From positions 1,260,001 to 1,292,000 of the forward strand of contig NZ_CP089976.1 in NCBI RefSeq assembly GCF_022701215.1: 32,000 nucleotides of DNA, read 5' to 3'. Of the stretch, positions 27,494-32,000 are shown piece after piece (the stretch's first letter is position 1; each line of letters opens with the position of its first letter). The stretch comes from Moraxella nasovis (lineage in GTDB: Bacteria > Pseudomonadota > Gammaproteobacteria > Pseudomonadales > Moraxellaceae). The position numbers and the translations under genes are program-made. Below the pieces are notes generated by a model that saw nothing but the letters and a program-made list of their open reading frames with translations, was not told the DNA's origin and did not search any database.

Positions 27494-28207
27494 AGGACTG
27501 CACCAGAATAACACCTGTGTTTACTAGTATTATGAAGATAACTCGTTGTAACACAGCAAAAAAAGCAAGTTAGTTACTTGAATTTTTTGTACTTCAAATA
27601 ACTGCCAGAAGTGCAGCAGATTTACTTGGCATTTAAGCATAATTTAAGCAGCGTTATTTATCATAAAATCTTAACTTTGATACAATATCATCTTAGCCTA
27701 GAAGCTCAAACACGCTTTGATGGTAAAATAGAGCTAGTGAAAGCTATTTTGGTGGTATTCGTAAAGGCAAGCGCTGTCGTGGTGCTGGCGGTAAAACCAC
27801 TGTCTTTGGTCTTTTAAGGCAAATGGTAAAGTTTATACCGTAGTTGTTAAAGATATTAAAACAAACACACTTATGCCCATTATCAGTAGTAAAATCAAGC
27901 CTGATAGTATTGTTTATACAGATAGTTATAAAAGCTATAATGCCTTAGATGTCAGTGTTTTAAGCATTTTAGAATAAACCACTCAAAAGAGTTTGCTGAC
28001 AAAGAAAACGCTCATAATTACATCAAGGTACAAGAAAACTTCTGGTCGCAAGCTAAGCGTACACTACGCAAATACAACGGCATTGATAAGAAAAACATTC
28101 ATCTTTTTATCAAAGACGGAAGTTTAGATTTAACTATGGCTTAGCTTTAATCAGCTTAAAGTGCTTAGGAAATGGTGTGGGATTTAAGGTTAATCTAGTA
28201 CAGCCCC
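27494..28207 (+). mobile_element. Decayed IS1595-family element (IS1016-group-like), copy 2, inverted relative to copy 1
   Basis: Copy 2 aligns by eye along its whole length with the reverse complement of 16883-17593. The last ~108 bp differ at only 2 positions, while the 5' third is much more diverged and its left terminal repeat is degenerate (aggactgcaccagaata). The transposase frame is broken by in-frame stops and frameshifts. Confidence 0.85.
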
Positions 28208-28241
28208 TAAAAGAATGTAGCATCAATACAGCCTTAATAAA

Positions 28242-28269
28242 TTGACTAAAAATCATGATTAGGTAAAAT
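28242..28269 (+). promoter_or_regulatory. Candidate promoter for tuf downstream of the IS
   Basis: The sequence reads TTGACT-N16-TAAAAT. A second candidate, the extended -10 TGTTATAAT, lies at 28295-28303. Confidence 0.35.
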
Positions 28270-28412
28270 AGTGTTCTTTAAATATGTTTTTTTGTGTTAT
28301 AATTAGCTAGATATGGCAAATTTCAGCGTTTGACAAAATGGACGCTTGTCTGTCAGTTTAACACCCACAAGCTTCTCGTCAAGCGAGAGCTTCACAACAA
28401 GAGGATACACTC

Positions 28413-29603
28413 ATGGCCAAAGCCAAGTTTGAACGTAACAAGCCGCACGTAAACGTAGGCACCATCGGTCACGTTGACCACGGTAAAACCACTCTAACTG
28501 CTGCTATCGCAACTGTTGCTGCTAAGCACCACGGCGGTGAAGCAAAAGACTACGCTGCTATTGACTCAGCTCCTGAAGAAAAAGCACGTGGTATTACCAT
28601 TAACACATCTCACATTGAATATGACACTGCCAATCGTCACTATGCACACGTAGACTGCCCAGGACACGCTGACTATGTTAAAAACATGATCACAGGTGCA
28701 GCTCAAATGGACGGTGCTATTCTAGTTGTATCAGCAACTGACGGCCCAATGCCACAAACTCGTGAGCACATCTTGCTATCTCGTCAGGTTGGTGTACCAT
28801 ACATCATGGTATTTATGAACAAGTGCGATATGGTAGATGACGAAGAACTTCTTGAGCTAGTTGAAATGGAAGTGCGTGAACTTCTATCTGACTACGACTT
28901 CCCAGGTGATGACACGCCTATCATCAAAGGTTCTGCTCTAGAAGCCCTAAACGGTTCTGACGGCAAATACGGTGAGCCAGCAGTTCTAGAACTATTAGAC
29001 ACACTAGACACTTATATCCCTGAGCCTGAGCGTGACATCGATAAGCCATTCTTAATGCCAATCGAAGACGTATTCTCAATCTCTGGTCGTGGTACCGTTG
29101 TAACAGGCCGTGTAGAGTCAGGTGTCATCAAAGTTGGTGAAGAGATTGAAATCGTTGGTATCAAACCAACCGCAAAAACGACTTGTACTGGTGTTGAAAT
29201 GTTCCGTAAACTACTAGACGAAGGTCGTGCAGGCGAAAACTGTGGCGTGCTACTTCGTGGTACTAAGCGTGAAGACGTACAACGTGGTCAAGTACTAGCA
29301 AAACCTGGTTCAATCACTCCACACACCAACTTCGACGCTGAAGTGTATGTACTATCAAAAGAAGAAGGTGGTCGTCACACGCCATTTTTAAATGGCTATC
29401 GTCCACAGTTCTACTTCCGTACCACTGACGTAACTGGTGCTATCACTCTACAAGAAGGTACTGAAATGGTAATGCCTGGTGATAACGTTGAGATGAGTGT
29501 TGAACTTATCCACCCAATCGCTATGGACAAAGGTCTACGCTTCGCTATCCGTGAAGGTGGCCGTACTGTAGGTGCTGGTGTTGTTGCTAATGTTAAGAAC
29601 TAA
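28413..29603 (+). CDS. tuf: Elongation factor Tu
   Basis: The 396-aa product begins [28 protein letters not shown] and carries DCPGH and NKCD. It reads as EF-Tu along its full length. Confidence 0.99.
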   Translation: MAKAKFERNKPHVNVGTIGHVDHGKTTLTAAIATVAAKHHGGEAKDYAAIDSAPEEKARGITINTSHIEYDTANRHYAHVDCPGHADYVKNMITGAAQMDGAILVVSATDGPMPQTREHILLSRQVGVPYIMVFMNKCDMVDDEELLELVEMEVRELLSDYDFPGDDTPIIKGSALEALNGSDGKYGEPAVLELLDTLDTYIPEPERDIDKPFLMPIEDVFSISGRGTVVTGRVESGVIKVGEEIEIVGIKPTAKTTCTGVEMFRKLLDEGRAGENCGVLLRGTKREDVQRGQVLAKPGSITPHTNFDAEVYVLSKEEGGRHTPFLNGYRPQFYFRTTDVTGAITLQEGTEMVMPGDNVEMSVELIHPIAMDKGLRFAIREGGRTVGAGVVANVKN

Positions 29604-29620
29604 TTAGCAAATTGTCAAAA

Positions 29621-29648
29621 AAAGCAGACTTAGGTCTGCTTTTTTTTG
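29621..29648 (+). terminator. Rho-independent terminator after tuf
   Basis: The sequence is aaagcagac-ttag-gtctgcttttttttg. Confidence 0.75.
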
Positions 29649-29669
29649 TTTAATCTGGGATAAAATTGC

Positions 29670-29697
29670 TTGCAATTATAAAAATTTTTGCTATAAT
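29670..29697 (+). promoter_or_regulatory. Candidate promoter for tRNA-Trp/secE/nusG
   Basis: The sequence reads TTGCAA-N16-TATAAT with TGc giving an extended -10. It lies about 18 nt upstream of tRNA-Trp. Confidence 0.5.
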
Positions 29698-29715
29698 AGC
29701 AGACCTTAACACCTT

Positions 29716-29791
29716 AGGCGATTGGCTCAATTGGTAGAGCATCGGTCTCCAAAACCGAGGGTTGGGGGTTCGAGTCCCTCATCGCCTGCCA
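29716..29791 (+). tRNA. trpT: tRNA-Trp (anticodon CCA)
   Basis: The 76-nt sequence has acceptor AGGCGAT/ATCGCCT, anticodon loop cuCCAaa and an encoded CCA. Confidence 0.92.
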
Positions 29792-29850
29792 CATTTCTTC
29801 TATGTTATCCTTTTATATTTATAAATTGGTCACTCCAAGGCAAGTCCTTC

Positions 29851-30309
29851 ATGAGCGATAATAAGAATTATCTTAACACCCAAGCTGCTGATCATTCAAA
29901 GCGCCCAACCACCATCTCCAAAGAAAATGTTGTTGAGGTGGCAAAAACACGTTCGGCAAAAGACGTTCTCTTGTGGATTTTGGCAATTGTTGCATTAATT
30001 GGTGCAACATTAGTCACGCAGTACCTACCACGTTATTGGGTAGCAGCGAATGATGTTTGGGTGCAAATCGGTATTACAGTAGCTTTGATTGTATTTGCGA
30101 TTTGTTGTCTTGTCTTTACTCACCAAGGTCACGCTTTTAAAGTGTTGTTAAAGGATGCTGGTATTGAATTACGACGAGTAACATGGCCGACAAAAAATGA
30201 GACCGTGCGTTATACCTGGCAGGTGCTTTTGGCTATGGCTATTGTTGGCTTTATCGTATGGCTTTTAGATAACGCCTTTAATTATCTATTGGGTTTTGTT
30301 TTAAACTAA
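29851..30309 (+). CDS. secE: Preprotein translocase subunit SecE
   Basis: The 152-aa product was read from ATG 29851 and has three TM helices. It carries the conserved ELRRVTWPTKNETVRYT motif. The tracked ORF start at 29722 overlaps tRNA-Trp and is rejected. The exact start is uncertain because the SD is weak. Confidence 0.85.
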   Translation: MSDNKNYLNTQAADHSKRPTTISKENVVEVAKTRSAKDVLLWILAIVALIGATLVTQYLPRYWVAANDVWVQIGITVALIVFAICCLVFTHQGHAFKVLLKDAGIELRRVTWPTKNETVRYTWQVLLAMAIVGFIVWLLDNAFNYLLGFVLN

Positions 30310-30324
30310 TTTAGGGGTTCGGTT

Positions 30325-30855
30325 ATGCGTTGGTATATTATCCAAGCATTTTCAGGCTATGAAAAGCAAGTTCAACGTTCATTGGTTGAACGAATTAAAC
30401 GTAGTGAGTTTGCAGAACAATTTGGTGATGTACTTGTACCAACCGAAGAAGTTATTGAAATGCGTGACGGTAAAAAACGCACGGTTGAGCATAAGTTATT
30501 CCCTGGTTATGTACTCATCAATATGGACATGACCGAAGATACATGGCACATTGTTAAAGACTGCCCCAATATTACAGGATTTATCGGTGGTACGCCAGAA
30601 AATCCTGCACCAATCACCAAAGTAGAAGCTGACCGCATTTTAAATCGCATCCAAAAAGGCAATGAGGCACCGCGTCCGAAGACAATGTTTGAGCCAGGTG
30701 AAGAAGTGCTTGTGATTGATGGACCGTTTACCGACTTTAAAGGCGTTGTGAAGAAAGTTGACTATGATAAGTCTAAGCTTTATCTGACTGTCAGTGTCTT
30801 TAATCGCCCAACTGATGTTGAATTAGAGTTTACAAAAGTTGAAAAATTAAATTAA
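30325..30855 (+). CDS. nusG: Transcription termination/antitermination factor NusG
   Basis: The 176-aa product begins MRWYIIQAFSGYEKQV (NGN domain). Its C-terminal KOW domain reads GEEVLVIDGPFTDFKGVVKKVD. Confidence 0.96.
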   Translation: MRWYIIQAFSGYEKQVQRSLVERIKRSEFAEQFGDVLVPTEEVIEMRDGKKRTVEHKLFPGYVLINMDMTEDTWHIVKDCPNITGFIGGTPENPAPITKVEADRILNRIQKGNEAPRPKTMFEPGEEVLVIDGPFTDFKGVVKKVDYDKSKLYLTVSVFNRPTDVELEFTKVEKLN

Positions 30856-30875
30856 TTATTGTATAATTAAAAATT

Positions 30876-30901
30876 AGCTCTAGTTTAATCTAGGGCTTTT
30901 T
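30876..30901 (+). terminator. Hairpin plus T-tract between nusG and rplK (terminator or attenuator)
   Basis: The sequence agctctag-tttaat-ctagggct has one G-U pair and is followed by ttttt. Confidence 0.5.
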
Positions 30902-30985
30902 GACGAAATAAACGATTTTGTTTATTTATCACTATCACGGGGAGCTAATGATATTAGCGTTATCACCCATTATTGGAGAAATCTC

Positions 30986-31417
30986 ATGGCAAAGAAGATT
31001 GATGGCTACATCAAGCTACAAGTGCCTGCTGGCAAAGCGAACCCTTCACCACCGATTGGACCTGCTCTAGGTCAAAAAGGTGTGAACATTATGGCATTTT
31101 GTAAAGAGTTTAATGCTGCATCAGCAAATATTGAACCAGGCCTGCCAATTCCTGTTGTAATTACGGTATTTAATGACAAATCATTCACGTTTGTGATGAA
31201 GTCGCCACCTGCGGCTGTGCTACTGCGTAAAGCAGCAGGTATTGCCAAAGGCTCTAGTGTACCGAATAAAGATAAAGTTGGTACAGTAACACGCGCCCAA
31301 CTTGAAGAAATTGTAAAAACTAAAGAAGCGGACCTAACCGCTGCTGATCTTGAAGCTGCAGTACGTACCATCGCAGGTACAGCACGCTCAATGGGTCTTA
31401 ATGTGGAGGGTGTATAA
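30986..31417 (+). CDS. rplK: 50S ribosomal protein L11
   Basis: The 143-aa product begins [36 protein letters not shown], a canonical L11 sequence. Confidence 0.98.
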   Translation: MAKKIDGYIKLQVPAGKANPSPPIGPALGQKGVNIMAFCKEFNAASANIEPGLPIPVVITVFNDKSFTFVMKSPPAAVLLRKAAGIAKGSSVPNKDKVGTVTRAQLEEIVKTKEADLTAADLEAAVRTIAGTARSMGLNVEGV

Positions 31418-32000
31418 TGGCTAAGCTAACTAAGCGTCAAAAGCTCATCAATGAAAAAATTGACAGCGATAAACTATACACCATTGAAGAAGCGGTTGCA
31501 ATCTTAAATGATTTGCCAGCGGCAAAATTCAAAGAATCAATTGACATCGCTATCAACCTAGGTGTTGATCCACGTAAATCAGACCAAGTTGTTCGTGGTG
31601 CTACCAATCTACCAGCTGGTACTGGTAAAACTAAACGTGTTGCGGTATTTGCTCAAGGTGCTACTGCAGAAGCTGCTAAAGAAGCAGGTGCTGACGTTGT
31701 TGGTTTTGAAGACTTAGCTGACAGCATTAAAGCTGGCAACATGGACTTTGATGTGGTTATTGCATCACCAGACGCTATGCGTGTGGTTGGTCAGCTAGGT
31801 ACTATCTTAGGTCCACGTGGTCTTATGCCAAACCCTAAAGTTGGTACAGTAACTGCAGACGTAGCAACTGCTGTAAAAAATACCAAAGCGGGTCAGGCTC
31901 AGTACCGTGTAGATAAAGCAGGTATCATTCATGCTTCAATCGGTCAAATTGGTTTTACTGGTGAGCAAATCGAACAAAACGCAACTGCGTTATTGAATGA
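31417..32000 (+). CDS. rplA: 50S ribosomal protein L1 (3' end lies outside the window)
   Basis: The ATG overlaps the rplK stop (TAATG). Hand translation gives [16 protein letters not shown]...[33 protein letters not shown]...[15 protein letters not shown]. The frame stays open to the window end and is not in the ORF track. Confidence 0.95.
   Translation, partial: MAKLTKRQKLINEKIDSDKLYTIEEAVAILNDLPAAKFKESIDIAINLGVDPRKSDQVVRGATNLPAGTGKTKRVAVFAQGATAEAAKEAGADVVGFEDLADSIKAGNMDFDVVIASPDAMRVVGQLGTILGPRGLMPNPKVGTVTADVATAVKNTKAGQAQYRVDKAGIIHASIGQIGFTGEQIEQNATALLN

Noticed and set aside
29722-29850. The secE ORF has an N-terminal extension that overlaps tRNA-Trp.
   Set aside because: The translation MAQLVEHRSPKPRVGGSSPS is simply the tRNA-Trp sequence read as protein. 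The secE start was moved to 29851.

Overview
This is a chromosomal window of roughly 40-45% GC. From protein similarity recalled from memory (no searches were run), it looks like a Moraxellaceae gammaproteobacterium (Moraxella/Psychrobacter/Acinetobacter-like). Most of it is core housekeeping. It holds the F1F0 ATP synthase operon (atpB' E F H A G D C) with an extra lipoprotein gene between atpG and atpD. Next come an OmpR-family response regulator and histidine kinase (BfmRS/RstAB-like), then yciO, epmC and yceD-rpmF-fabD-fabG-acpP. A perfect 6 x 15 bp tandem repeat precedes hemA, which is followed by a class-V aminotransferase. Further on are prfC, a 340-aa membrane protein, polA, and the tRNA operon Thr-Tyr-Gly-Thr followed by tuf, in the same order as E. 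coli thrU-tyrU-glyT-thrT-tufB. The window ends with tRNA-Trp-secE-nusG-rplK-rplA'. Two decayed, inverted copies of a ~711 bp IS1595-family (IS1016-group-like) element sit at 16883-17593 and 27494-28207. The second separates the tRNA operon from tuf. The most interesting part is a ~2.5 kb accessory block (17609-20121) between the first IS remnant and a frameshifted, truncated racemase pseudogene. It carries a divergent XRE-family regulator and a tightly packed minus-strand operon. That operon encodes a 125-aa internally duplicated protein, a 174-aa tail-anchored membrane protein, a 138-aa hyperacidic TerB-like protein, a 113-aa hyperbasic histone-H1-like protein and an untracked 56-aa basic peptide. 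I cannot assign this cassette to any named system and flag it as a candidate novel accessory (defence, toxin-antidote or stress) module. All function calls rest on motif recognition by eye, and no database search or computation was performed.
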